DNA of 64,000 bases from Lytechinus pictus (taxonomy: Eukaryota), in assembly GCF_037042905.1 (NCBI RefSeq), contig NC_087252.1, positions 15,440,001-15,504,000 on the forward strand. The letters are read 5' to 3'. The position numbers were made by a program, and so were the translations under genes. The notes under the pieces were generated by a model. That model saw nothing but the letters and a program-made list of their open reading frames with translations. It was not told the DNA's origin and made no database searches. Positions 26,738 to 39,819 of this stretch are shown here, one piece after another; the first letter of the stretch is position 1, and each line of letters opens with the position of its first letter.

Positions 26738-27566
26738 TATGTTATCAGTTGACAAAATGAAGATACAACTGATTTATTTAGAATGGCTGATACGCCATTT
26801 TGCGTCTGATCGGCTTATCCTATGCACCCCCTACCGGTCTCCATTCACCCGTGCATGCAATGTGAATACTAAACTTCTCCTGATTGCCCTGCCAGTATGT
26901 TATGCCCATAGATCCTCTCGCCTCCCAAACGTAATGCAAGTTTAATACATTGAATGCTGGGATGGGGAGGTATTGCGATAGAAGACCCGGGTCGTCTTAT
27001 GAATAGTTAAGAGGGACGAGATCGATGGGGTTAAGTGGCTAACTGGTTGTAGGGTACAGCCTCACAGGGTTTGCAGTCGCCATTCTTGCTGATGTTAAGA
27101 TAAATGCCAGTTGTGGTAATGATTCCAAAATGAATTTGTACAGAATCTTATAAAATGGGCACCAAGGTGTCTGTATGGATATATATACATGTAGATAAAA
27201 AAGAGTATGTATTTGCTGAGAAATTAGTGTTGTAACCAAGGTATTCCTGCAAAATTCATTCATTCATTCATTCATTAATTTATTCCTTGCATTCATTTAT
27301 TTTTCCAAGCTAAGTAGCTAACTGCAGCCATAGATTATTTTATGAGAAAGTTATTAAAATCAAGGTCGGTTATCACCATATCATTGTAGGCCTATATCTG
27401 GGTTAATTACTTGAACCTTACTCTTATCTGTGAAATGATGAAATTTAAAATGAAAATTACCACACAGAAGATCACCATGAACTTACTTTGTAATAGGTCC
27501 ATGGTATCACCAACACGGTAAAGCACATGTGGGACAGTATAACATTATTGCTTGGAGTATGACCAG

Positions 27567-27783
27567 GGCCCCGTCTTACAAAGAGTTACGATTGATCCAA
27601 TCGATCCCATCTCTATGGAAATCCATCAGTGTCATAATTTTTTCTATAAGGAATTCACACAATCTCCTTAAAACAAAGAGAATCACTCTGAATCGTCAAG
27701 AGAACGATAATTGTATGAATGTACATCATATCTAGAAAATATTTTGAACTTGGATCAATCGTAACTCTTTGTAAGGCGGGCCC
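27567..27783. mobile_element. Harbinger-like MITE (GGCCCCGTCTTACAAAGAGTTACGATTGATCCAA TIR), CAG TSD
   Basis: ~34-bp near-perfect TIRs and CAG on both flanks; further copies at 46160 and 54205. Confidence 0.85.
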
Positions 27784-27963
27784 CAGACATCTGGCTGCAA
27801 TGCCAGGCTTGTTTTTCTAATTTCTCAACAAGTACACATTTTCTTCCTGAAAGTTTGGCACACTTTTTTTTCATTCATACATATATATATAAACACTGTG
27901 GTGATCAATTTCTGAATTCTATTCATACTCATTCTTAGATAGTTACCACAACTGTTATATATA

Positions 27964-28282
27964 CAGGGTTCCCACAGTCATGGAAAATCCTGGAAAAATT
28001 TGTTGTCATGGAAAGTCAGAGAAAAGTCAGGGAATTTGAAAAAAATTGTGAAAAGTCATGGAATTGCATTTATCTCTTGGCTACGGCAGCTTTCCAGTTT
28101 GTCGTGCCTCGCAACTCTCAAACTCTGTGATCGTAATTGGTGATCATGATTTCCATCTTTTCCAGTTTTGTGACATCCCAATTTCTACATAACTCCCGGG
28201 ACATCACGGGAAGTCATGGAAGCAGCAATTTAGTCATGGAAAAGTCATGGAATTCGGTTTTCAAATTTCTATGGGAACCCTG
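27964..28282. mobile_element. hAT-like MITE (CAGGGTTCCCA TIR)
   Basis: cagggttcccacag / ctatgggaaccctg; subterminal AAAGTCA(T/G)GGAA repeats; TSD not evident. Confidence 0.8.
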
Positions 28283-28417
28283 ATACATGTTTAACTCTAA
28301 ACTACAAAATGGCAGTAGCATCACTGAACATTATCGCTGTATAGTGATGATGATGATGAACAGCATTTGTATAGCACCATTTATCTGTAAAAATCTCAAA
28401 GTGTATTGGAATTGACC

Positions 28418-28724
28418 TTATTAACCATTTATCTCACCTGGGTTGAGTGCAGCACAATGTGGATCAATTTCTTGCTGAATTTACATCAAGTGTTTCAAGG
28501 TGATTATTTTGCCTTTGATAAGAAATCATAAACAACTTTATTCCAGTGTAAAGAGGGTTCTCTGTCCATCTCTCTCTATCTCTCTTTCGTCTCTGTCTCT
28601 CTCTCTATCTCTCCTTCTCATGCTAATGAATAGGTTCTGAGGATGAAATACGACTCCCTACAGAGACATCTTGATATCAAAATCAAGACACCATTAGTGG
28701 ACATCCTAGCTAAAAAACAAGATG
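28418..28724 (+). repeat. Left arm of a long inverted duplication
   Basis: 28616-28724 is the exact reverse complement of 32743-32851; 28418-28570 matches 32868-32958 plus 33318-33381 imperfectly. Confidence 0.92.
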
Positions 28725-31700
28725 GCAGTGTTAATGTTGACCTTTATTAAAACAATAAAGCTTTAAATTCAGCACGTTAGAATCTTATCAATGGTTCTCA
28801 AGCCATGATTTGGTTTAAGAACCTGACCTTAAATGATACTAGGCTTGAGACTTGTCTCGGTCTGTCGACACTACAAGATCACGGCAACAGAATTGGGGAG
28901 AGGGATCTGTATCGTCATAAAAACAAAGAAATAATTTCCCAGACTCGAAACTTAAGCCAGATGGGAAAAGACTTGACTTGGATCGCATCGCTATGCGTTG
29001 TACTCGGGTTTCTGTAGAGGATAGAGAGAGACGGGGTATAGCCGTGTGTTCTTTCAAAAGAAATAAGAGAGAAACGGAATGCTAGACCGAGCGGGGATGT
29101 GAAAGGATGAAAATCCTGTAACTGACGAGAGAGGCGTGCGTATTGAATCAATTTGTCGCGGGTCACAGAACGAGATGTTGACTCGGCGCGGCCACGAAGT
29201 ACTCTTGCCTTTATTTCCTCGCACGGAGTGCTGTCGAATGAGGCCCTGCCTGGGCCGCCTCTGATCTGTTATCGTTTAAACATGTATGGGAGAGATCACC
29301 TAGTTAATCTACGCACAGAAATGTATGTGTGGGGCTGAGGGTGATGTTGTGGAGTATATAATGTGATAGTGTTAGTCCTATGTTTAACAAGATTCATAAT
29401 GCAAATACCTCCTACAAAGAATGTAGGTCCATGTTGATGTTATGGATCCAGGTGTTTGATGATATAACCAGAAAAAAATTCTTAGAATTTTACCTTTTTT
29501 TTTTTTACAATGGCATGGATTTATGGGTTGTTTTTCATACATACACTTTCTTCAAGTTAAGAAAATACTTTTCATGTCTAAATGTTTTAAAGAAAAGTCT
29601 GGTAAATAAACATGTCTATGTGGTTAAGTGAGAAGAGATACCATTATCTATCGAAGCAATGTTGAAACTGTCAATTCTTTACTGATACGTCTGCACAAAA
29701 AAACAGTGTAAGAAGCTATATATCTCCCACAACATGGCAAGTATTATGACAAAGTAAAATGAAATTTCAAAATGTATTTTCAGTAGGCCCTATATACTAT
29801 TTAATCTAACAAATTCAAACTTTGGAAATGAACAACCTTCATGTAAGAAGGTGAAATCTCATACATTTTCATTATATTCTCTTTCATTTCATCTTTTAGA
29901 AAAAGTGCAATACCATATTTTATTGATTTTATACTAAATTCTGAATTAAGTTTTACTCTCATAGCCTTGAAATCAACTCAAATTTTTGTCATTGTTTTAG
30001 TCTCCATTTCAATCCAATTCATATTTCAAGTTTTAATTGTCTAATATTCATCACTTTTTAATGTTGTATTTACATAGTTTTTTCCATTCTATTTTATAAT
30101 ATTTAATGCAATTTTATGTACACTTGCTCTTTAAAAATTATTTATTGTCTATGTACATCACAAATCTTTGCATGTATCCGTTTGAATTGTAATTGTTGCT
30201 TTTACCCATGTATGACTTGTGAACATTTTATTGTAAACATGTTAATTTCAGAATTTTGGCTGTGTAACATGTATTGTTTTATATGAAATAAACCATGATT
30301 AAATTTAATTGACAAATTCAAACTTCTGAGTTGAATAATCTTTAGATTTGCCAAATATACAGGTAAGAAGTTTGAATGTCATTTGGTATATTGTTGGACT
30401 GGCTTCACTATTTAAGACTCCAATTCCTTTTGGGGTTTTTAAGTGCATACCCAATGAACCCGATACTGCCACATACTTTTGTTAGGTGTGCACATGGCAC
30501 TTATGTGCCCTTATCCATGCTTATTTTAGTGCTTTAAAAATCCTTAGATAGTTGTTGCCCTTCCCCTATGGTTTAAAAGTCAAAACCCATTAAACTAAAT
30601 TTGAACATGAATTCAATCTTAAACAAAGACCTTTATTTGAATACCACAAATGCCTAGTTCATCGGTTGATTAGAAATTTAGATCTTTCGAAACAAAGAAA
30701 TATAATTCAATCAGGGAAAAAGAATGCCCAGGACATGTATCTGAATAAACAGAGCAAGCATGGCATACATAAATAGCATAAATTATAATAAAAGAATGGC
30801 ATATATACAAGATATTCTTATAATGACATGAGACTGAAGATGTTTTAGATAAGTGTGAACTTGCAATAAAGTGTTGCTGTAGATAAGATAAAGAAAAGAA
30901 CTGAAATACTGGAGAAAGAAAGGAGAAATTATTGAATCCAGGAAGAGCTGGCATATAAAAAAGCAACTTAAAGAATCCAAAATGAAGTGTATTAATTTGA
31001 TTTTACGTGTATCTGCTCCAAACTCCTTACTTGTCAATCAGAGTTGCATCAGGTCGATATCATCTAACCTGAAATTCAATTTTTGGAAAAAAAGGTTTTA
31101 CCCTCGATTGAACAAGTGTATTTCAAATCAAGTTTTGAAAGACACCTGGCAATGTGTTTAAAAGAATGCAGAGGTTGTATTACTAAAGTGATGTCATGAC
31201 ATGGATATACAGATTCCCAAAGTCATGATCATGGCATGCTACCCCCGTTATGAGGGACTATTTATGGCATTGATTAATGAAGCGAAAGGAAGGTCACGAT
31301 CTTCTTGACCCTTGATTTGTTTTCGTGCCCTGTGCGAGACGGAAGACGACCGAAAATTGCCGGTGGAAGGTCCAGCCCCATCGCGCTCCTCACGCAAGCA
31401 GACCCCGGTCCTGTGGTTATTACCCGTCCATCAACACCCAACTGGCTAAATCCTCTTTTATCCCGGGAGCGCCCAATCTGTGCCCCCTTTCTACCGGTGT
31501 CTAGGGGGGGTGAATAGAGCACCCTGTCATCACCCTCGGTAAAGTGATTGGTTCGGAGAGCAAGGGCGCACCATGAATGCAATCAGGATCGTAAGAGGAT
31601 GGAAATAAGATTGTGGGTCAGGCCTGGTTTGCTTGCAAAAATATCAAATAGGGCCTTAAACTGTTGCAGATTTGGGGCACATGAGAGTCAATGTCGGCAA

Positions 31701-32742
31701 TCCCTAAAGGCAAGGCGGGATGAAAGGATGGAAAAGGAATAAAGGTGGAAGAAAATGTCAAGGAATTTTTGGTAACAGCCTTGGATAGGACAAAAATAGA
31801 TGTCTTGCAGATGTTTGAAATCGAGAAAGGGATTATAATAGTTTTAACATTAGCATTTGTATTTCTATTCATCATTATATATCTAGAAGATGAATGCATT
31901 TCCGGTGTTTCATTTCCCAGTCATTCCGTCAAAGACAGAGGCAGTTTGAAATACTGTTGAAATGTGCATGGTTGTGCGGTTGAACCAACAATGAAAAGCA
32001 TTTAAAATTTTGAATGATATACATTCCAATCTGAAAAGCACTCCAAACATTTGTGTGTGCATTTGAATTTGATTGTGTTGCGTCATTTATGACTGTGATG
32101 TACGAAATTCTGGAATGCAATGTGTTATTGATATATATAATTGATATATATATTGAATGGCAAATGGGTGTACTATGTAAGTTTAAATTCATAGGCTGCA
32201 GGCCTTGTACATGTTTGCATTAATCATGATATTTTAACCCCCCCCCCATCAAATACCATGGCAACAGCCTTGTAAATCGTAGCATGTAACTTGCTACGCT
32301 AACATTAAAGTCGAGGCCACCCCAACGATTTGATTTGAATAAAAAAGGAGAAGAAAAAAAAAACCCTGAAAATTTCATTAAAATTAGATTCAAATATAAG
32401 AAAGTTCTATCAGTTCTTAAATTTCATTAATGATTTTATGTACATCTGGTCAATATAAAAATGAGGTAGTCAATGATATCACTACATGTATGTCTTTTGT
32501 ATTTTATCATATGAAATATTCTATTTTACATTATTTTTTGTAGAATTGAAAATAAAGTCAACATAAATATTGCAGGCAAATACTGTCTACTCTTCTCTCC
32601 TTCACTTTGTTCTTTGCAGACATTTTTCTTTGTAGACTTCAAACCATTGCTATTTTCAGTAATTGAGATTTTCATTTTTTTTCCCTTTTGGTATTGCGAT
32701 CTGTATGCAAGTCTTTGAGTGCGACTTTCATCGTGGCTTTCA

Positions 32743-33381
32743 CATCTTGTTTTTTAGCTAGGATGTCCACTAATGGTGTCTTGATTTTGATATCAAGATG
32801 TCTCTGTAGGGAGTCGTATTTCATCCTCAGAACCTATTCATTAGCATGAGAGGGATAGAGAGGAGGAGAAATGAACAGAGAGCCCTCTTCACACTAGAAT
32901 AAAGTTGCATTTGTGATTCCTTATCAAAGGCAAAATAAGCATCTTGAAATGCTGGACATAAATAAATAAATAAAAGTTACATTTATATAGCGCATTACAT
33001 GAAAATTTCAATGCGCTTTACAATAACAAATTAGTAAACATGTATATAATACTTTACAAAAATCTGAGTTCAACATAATTATATACATTACTGATAGCAT
33101 GTTCTGGTATTATTATTACATCAGGTCAAATTCAATCTATTCATTTAAGTAGGGCTAAGGTGAAAATGTTACGCCCTATCATTGAATACACAAAAATTGC
33201 TTAAATATGCATCATAATATAGTCATAATAATAATGAAATTTAAATAACTTAAGTACCACATAATAAAGATATTAAGAAATTAAGGAAGAATCAATTCAG
33301 CAAGAAATTCAGCAATCAATTCAGCAAGAAATTGATCCACATTGTCATGCACCCAACCCAGGTGAGATAAATGGGTAATAA
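32743..33381 (-). repeat. Right arm of the inverted duplication, carrying a ~330-bp retroelement-tail insertion (~32960-33290)
   Basis: Matches the left arm; the insert begins with (AAAT)n and a 'tatatagcgcatt...aatgcgctttaca' hairpin typical of L2/SINE 3' ends. Confidence 0.9.
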
Positions 33382-33399
33382 ATTAATAATGATAGGCAT

Positions 33400-33665
33400 T
33401 CATATAGCCTGCTCTAACAAGAAATAATCTATTCCGAGGTACACCATCATTTCTTCCCCGGCTTTAGCTCGAGCTGCCGTTTCTAGCGCTGTGAATTCAA
33501 GGAAGTAATCCTGCCAGGTATCCGTTTTGTGCACCTCACCTGGGTTGAGTGCTGCACAATGTGGATAAAATTCTTGGTTAAGGAAAACATACCATGGCTG
33601 GGATTTGAACATTAGACCCTCTGATTAAAAGATTAGAGTGTCGGAACCACTAGACCACATCGCGA
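33400..33665 (-). mobile_element. tRNA-derived SINE, family A variant
   Basis: 'cacctgggttgagtgctgcacaatgtggat', GGGATTTGAAC, CCACTAGACCAC. Confidence 0.8.
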
Positions 33666-34354
33666 CACGCAATCTTTCGTCATCCAAAGGTTCTCTATCT
33701 CCGATATTACCACTTATATTTCATTTATTTAAGAGAATCCTGCAACATACGGATACCTATTTTTTTGTTGTGTGAATGTGCCACGATCCCCATGTGTTAG
33801 CAAGATGTCATGAAAAAGATGAAAAGTCTGTCTTTTCGGTGACAGTCGTCATGCATAATGAGCTCTGTTAGTGTATCTATGAATCTCTAATATATTAGAC
33901 TCTCAGGACGTATTTGTGAAATTGATAAAACAATCATCTGCCTCAGTATGTTAAACCCCTTTTACCCCAGGTTTGTCTCCCCTTCCATCATTATGTTAAG
34001 TGGAATAACATTATCATATTTTTCATTGATTTTGTAGATGGCTACAATTTTAAACAAGCAGAAATAAAATGTCTGCTTGGCAGTGAATGATCCTCAATAT
34101 TTTGCATTTACGGGAAGGAGATTATATGTACATTCATAAACTTCTCCCCCCCCCCCTTCCTCATCACTTTGAGGGGATTTAATTAGACTGTAACTGTGTA
34201 CAGTTGTCCACATGTTAATCCCTTCTGCACACCCCCTATGATCCCTATGATCTGATGAACACTACTAATCCCATTCCCTTTGTCATACAAAGCCTTCCAT
34301 TTGGGTCAACATTTTTACTTCAGCTTTTTTTTTCACACCTCGGAGGTGACCAAG

Positions 34355-35000
34355 AGGTGTTGATATTGAGAGGCCATTTATAGTCCTACATCGCAGAAAC
34401 GTGTACCCCTTGTAGTAGGAGTAAGATATCCAGTTGGCACTGATATTGATAAGCCACTTATAGTCCCATATGATACATGTATGTGTCCACCTTGTATATA
34501 TGTGACTGTTATGGTAATAATAATAATAATATCGGTTCATTTACCCAGGGTAGCCACTTCAATCATAATAAGACTGCTCTTCCAGCGGGCCCTGCATAAC
34601 ATAATATGTTATTATTACCCTTCTCCAATCTAAATGCTGAGCGCCAAGCAAGCAAGCATGAAGGCAGAAGGTCCCATTTGTATAAGTCTTTGGTTTGACT
34701 CGGCCGGGGATCGAACCCACGACCTCCCGTTCACGAAGCGGACGCTCTACCACTGAGCCAACATGCCCGGTATCCAACATGGTAGGAATAAAGATGTCCT
34801 CAAGATGCTGATATTGATAGGCCATTTCTAGTCCTACCTCATAATAATATGCCCCCTTGTAATATGACTGGTATATACAATAGTAGGAATAAAGACATCA
34901 GTGTTGGCACTGATACTGATGGACGATTTATAGTCCCGTCTCAGAGCAATGTGTCCCCTGTGTAATATAAATGGTGTGTTGTAGCTCCATGGTAGGAATT
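34355..35000. repeat. Degenerate ~80-110-bp tandem repeat split by a SINE
   Basis: 'tgatattga..ggccatttatagtcc...cccttgt' occurs twice before and twice after the SINE. Confidence 0.7.
34515..34770 (-). mobile_element. tRNA-derived SINE, family B (tRNA-Thr(CGT)-like head)
   Basis: Minus strand reads GGCTCAGTGGTAGAGCG..TTCGTGAA..GGTTCGATCCCCGGCCGAGTCAAACCAAAGAC, followed by a non-tRNA body and (ATT)n tail. Confidence 0.85.
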
Positions 35001-35349
35001 TTATTTTTTACAAAGGTCCACATATTTAACAAATTCAGTTTTTTGATATATCAGGAAGCTAAAGACAAATACTTATCCAGAAATGTATTTATTCTTGTTT
35101 TATTTTTTTGCAATTGGTAATAATGGTGGATGGTAGTCTGGTTAGTTATAAAAGCTGCTTTACTAATCCTGTAATTGTAAACCAATGCCTGGTGTTAATA
35201 TTTTCCTTCCCTTTCCAACCCTCTATCCCTATTTCATGGTTCTTGTTGGTTGTGTACAATTCTGATTTTCCATGACTTTACACAATGAATCTACATTATG
35301 CAGGTCATTGAACCTCTTTGATAAGTCATTTAGTGAAACGCTTATCCAA

Positions 35350-36215
35350 AATGCCTTACATTCCACCTGTAGGCCTACCCCCAGGTTTACCCCCCCTAGA
35401 TTCCACCTGCACCCCTCTCCCCTTATTCCCCCATGCATGCACCTTACATTCCACCTGTATATATACCCATCTAACCCCTATTTACCCACCATGCATATGT
35501 TTTACACTCCACCTGTACAATGTCTTAACCCCTTTACCCGGTGCATGTACAGTGCATTCTACCTGTATACACCCATCTTACCCCCTTTCCCCCATGCATA
35601 CAACTTATACCCCTTTCACAAACCCAATTATGCGGATAATATCCGCATAATTTGGTCGTAAAATCGGAGCAGGACCAGAGTTATCCGCATTATTTCGATG
35701 CTGCAATTATCCGCATAATAGCAGCATCGGGACCAGATTTTGGCTTTGTGAACGCATTTCCAAAGTAATGCGGATAATTGCCATGGTGCGGTCACAAAAG
35801 GTCACCCTTTTCCAACACAACCCCATCGGAGGGGGTGTGTGCAGTTGCCATGACAATTATCCGCCTTTTTCAGGTCGCGCGCTCGTAAAAATAGTGCGGA
35901 TTATTTTCGGAGTTTGTGAATGCAATTTTTATTGAATTATCCGCATTACTCTTAGGCGGATAATTGGAGGATGGGTTTGTGAAAGGGGTATTACATTCCA
36001 CTTGTACTTCCATCTTACCCCCTCTACCTCCTTTACCCCCATGCATGCACCTTACATTTCACCTGTATACACCCATATCTTACCCCCATTTACCCTCCAT
36101 GCATATATTTCACATTCTACCTGTATCCCATCTTAACCCCTTTACCTCATGCATGCACCCTACATTCCACCTGTACCCTCAACTTACCCCCCCCCCCTCC
36201 CTTTACCCCCAATTA
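35350..36215. repeat. ~55-bp C-rich tandem repeat split by a MITE
   Basis: 'ccatgcatgcaccttacattccacctgtatacacccatcttacccc' units on both sides of 35608-35990. Confidence 0.85.
35608..35990. mobile_element. MITE, 18-bp TIR TACCCCTTTCACAAACCC, TTA TSD (PIF/Harbinger-like)
   Basis: tta|tacccctttcacaaaccc...gggtttgtgaaaggggta|tta; many internal GCGGATAAT/ATTATCCGC repeats. Confidence 0.9.
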
Positions 36216-37340
36216 AGACACCCCTATTTTTGCTTCTTATACCACCATCACAATCATACACTGGTTTCAATGGAGCAGATATTCACACACACTCTCCAAA
36301 CTGACCCTGGCCTGTCCATTATACCTAAACAACCCTAGGCAAACTTTGAAAATTCTCAAATACTTTTCATTTTCCTCCAAAAAAGTATTACAAAAATCTC
36401 TTGCACAACAACAATGCCCCTTTTTCTAGCATTCTATATCGAACCAAAGTAATCGACTGCCAGTCAAACAAATTTCAGGAGGAATATGGGGATTCTATTG
36501 TCCAAGTTTCTTGTAAGCTGGATGGCGGGTGAATTAAAGAAAAACATAACTTTTTGAGTTTTGGAGCTCCTCCAGCCATTGTTAGGGAGAAGCACAAAGG
36601 GGTTTAGTTCATGTGAATTTGTATAGGTCGGAAGTCGTATCCCAGCCTCGGAAAGGGATCATGTGTATTTGCGGTTTAATGTTTGATCAACCTCAATGCT
36701 TTACAATATTGATATCATTTTAAATACTACCACTTTTCTTTAAATATAGCCTCTTTTGTCCATCTATTCATCATCATCTCACTGCTTGATGCTGCTTCTT
36801 TATTTTGCTTAACTCGCACAGAAAAATGTACATTGTTTGGTGTTATGTTCAATCTCTAGGATGTAATTTAAAAACCAAGTTTTTAAATTGTGTTTTCATG
36901 AATAATCCTGTAATGTAATATATTTCTGTTCATATGTACAACTTCCGCAATTGTATTTTGTCCTTTCATTATTTAATGTTCACAAGATTTTGCTTTATAT
37001 CAGTTTTTCAGACATATTTTGTAAATTTTCTCTTTAAAAGATTCCAGTGGAATAAGTAAAGAAAATGTTATGATTTAGGCCAGTTTTCAGACATATTTTG
37101 CAGATTTTACCCAATGAAAAATGTCAGTTGAAGTGCAACGGAGATGTAAAGGACCTAATTTAAGCATGTGATTTGGCCTATACAATACTTGCAAATGTTG
37201 GCTCCATTTTTCATGAGTCATCAATGTATTGACAAATATTATCTTACCACTATGATGTGGCCCATGCAATATGCAGAGTCACAAACATTGATGCTTGTAT
37301 TTGAGGAATACTCTATATTGACGTTATACATTTGTGGGCA

Positions 37341-37618
37341 CGTCGTCGTGGTCTAGTGGATCTGACTCTCGCCTTTCAAACAGAGGGTCTCGAGTTCGAA
37401 TCCTAGCCGTGGCATATTTTCTTTCAGCAAGAAATTTATCCACACTGCTGCACTCGACCCAGGTGAGGTAAATGGCTACCGGCAGGAAGTAATTCCTCAA
37501 AAAGCTGTGCACACCAGAATCGGTAGACTAGCTTATCCGGGGTAATATAGGAGTGCCTTGAGCACCTAGCAAGGTGGATACATTCGCCATACAAATTCTA
37601 TATTATTTATTATTATTT
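37341..37618 (+). mobile_element. tRNA-derived SINE, family A
   Basis: A-box TGGTCTAGTGG, B-box GTTCGAATCC, core 'ctgcactcgacccaggtgaggtaaatggctacc', (ATT)n tail. Close reverse-complement copy at 58651-58923. Confidence 0.9.
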
Positions 37619-37693
37619 AAATATTTGGACTAAATGTGCGATTTTGAATTTTACATAAGCAATGAAATTAACACTTTACTATTTTCCCTGCAG

Positions 37694-37706
37694 AGTCACC
37701 ATACGA
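37694..37706 (+). other. Candidate 13-nt microexon
   Basis: 'aattaacactttactattttccctgcag|AGTCACCATACGA|gtaagt': good acceptor and consensus donor. Confidence 0.3.
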
Positions 37707-38020
37707 GTAAGTGTACCCCTTATATGAAAGCTATTAAACTGCTTACATTGATAATAGTCATCTTCTTCAAGTAATCTTTCTCTCTCCGGTCTGATCCTTG
37801 AATAACCAATGAAATGCACGGTCACTGCAAAACATCAATATCCCATTTAGGTCTCTTTGTAATGAATACCAGAAAACAACTCTCCCTCCTCTCTTCAAAT
37901 TAAGAAGAAAACATTGGATATCATTTTCATCATGATCTTGCTATTATCTTAAGAGTAGTTTCACAGCTAAGGAAACACAGTGTAGTAGAGATAGGGGAGA
38001 TCATTGAACTTGAGGCGTTG

Positions 38021-38032
38021 AGGTCATGACCT
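38021..38032. promoter_or_regulatory. Perfect IR0 nuclear-receptor element AGGTCATGACCT (TREpal)
   Basis: Exact sequence match inside a unique GC-richer island; function untested. Confidence 0.4.
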
Positions 38033-38712
38033 TTGTAGATAAGTCTGGTGTTGGGTGGCGGCCTGACTTATGGCCTCTCTGTTTGGATAAAACCGAGGTT
38101 TGGGAGTTGAGAATTGCCGCAGGCAATGTGATTCTTGGCACTCGTTGCCGAGTCAAGGGGAAAAGATCGTACCTGAGCGGTCTGGAGAAGACTCTCAAAG
38201 TTTTGATTGATGTTTTACCGATCAATAGCGTGTTTGTGTGTAATTTTCGACGGCGAAATGAGCATTGTAAAATGCACATCGTGAACAGAGTTTAAAAACA
38301 CATAATTTCTGTGTTATGTTTTACATACGAGATAGAGAGCTGAACTCCCAGGTAAAAATGTGAAGAATCCACATTCTAAAATAAATGGTGCATTCTGTGC
38401 ATATCTTCAAATTAAAACAAATTGTAAATTGAAACATTGACTAAACAATTAATTTCATGTTCAACCCCCCCCTAAAAAAAAAAGTTTTTTCAAAGTCTTA
38501 TCCAAAAATTATTTGAAAGGATCTCAGTTTAAAAAAAATCTAAAAATAATTCAAAAGTATATATGGAAAGATGTCAATTCATCAGTGAAATCATTTGTGA
38601 ATTTATTTAACAGAAACAAAACAAAGAAGCAAAATAAAGGTACAACCGAATGGATGCAATTTATTAGGTTACAAGCAAAGATTTTGACAGTAATCTTCTC
38701 ACTAGTAGAGAT

Positions 38713-38972
38713 CAGGGGCGAAAATCCCAGGGTGGACAGGGGGAACGTGTCCCCCCTACTCAAAATAGTAGGGGGGGGGACACAATATCAAATGTCCCCC
38801 CTACTATTTGTGGTCTTTTATGATGGAAGAAATACATCATTGAAAATAAATAAAAAACATGTATTTTAGGACGAGATGACCTTACTTTTGGGATGATAAC
38901 TTTTTCTTTTTGCTTGTCAAATTTTCCAGCCCCTTGTCCCCCTCTACCTTTTGGGAGAGATTTCCGCCCCTG
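38713..38972. mobile_element. hAT-like MITE with 8-bp TSD GTAGAGAT
   Basis: gtagagat|caggggcgaaaatc...gatttccgcccctg|gtagagat. Confidence 0.9.
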
Positions 38973-39819
38973 GTAGAGATAATGGTTATATGTAATTAGA
39001 ATTTGTTATTTCAATTTTGGCTCTGATTTTAAAATTTGATTTTATAACATGAATTTAGCTTTGTTAAGTCCCCCAATACATCTATCACTAAATGAATTAC
39101 TAGATTATGTTCATGTGTGGGATGTATAACAATTAAAATGTGGAGGATATGAAATAGAATGTGATTTAATCCAATTCTGGATTTGATTTTAACCATAAAG
39201 ATCCATATTCTAATCTGAAATGATTTTGATTTAAATTTTTAAGGTTTCAACAGTCAAATCTGTATTGAATGGATGGGAAAAGGTTCAAGAAGGTCTCAAA
39301 TTGAACTGGTAATAAACTGTACTGACCACTCCGAAACATTGTTAGCGCTCACAATGCGCTAACAGAGGCCCTGTTACAACCGGTAATGTGGCAGCGATGC
39401 CTTATGTTACATCAATGCGTAACTTACACATTGAAAAAAATGTGTCGACTCTACAATCCGAAAGATGTGACTGGGCTTACTGTTAGGCAAACAACGTTTC
39501 TGTGTGGCTGGCAATGGTTGTCTTTATATATACGATGCTGATAAGTGTCTTGCAATTTCATGACATTTCTGCATTTGAGAGTGGATCTGGAGCAAAAGAG
39601 AGATTTGCAAGAAATTCAGAATGATTAATCTTTCTGAATCATACTAAGACATGCCTATGAATTGAGTAAGAATATTTGATCTCGTTCGAGTTGGCTTGAA
39701 TGGTCTGTTAATAAGTTGTGTGGACGGATGATTGTGAGTTTTGTGTAATTTTGATTTCAATAGCTTTTTAGGTTAATTTGAAGTTTTGAACATTATATTT
39801 GTAGCTTGTTTATATCCAA

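Noticed and set aside
34698..34770. tRNA-Thr(CGT)-like gene
   Set aside because: Imperfect acceptor stem and continues into a SINE body with (ATT)n tail; the same applies to the tRNA-like heads at 37341, 45183, 58850 and 63604
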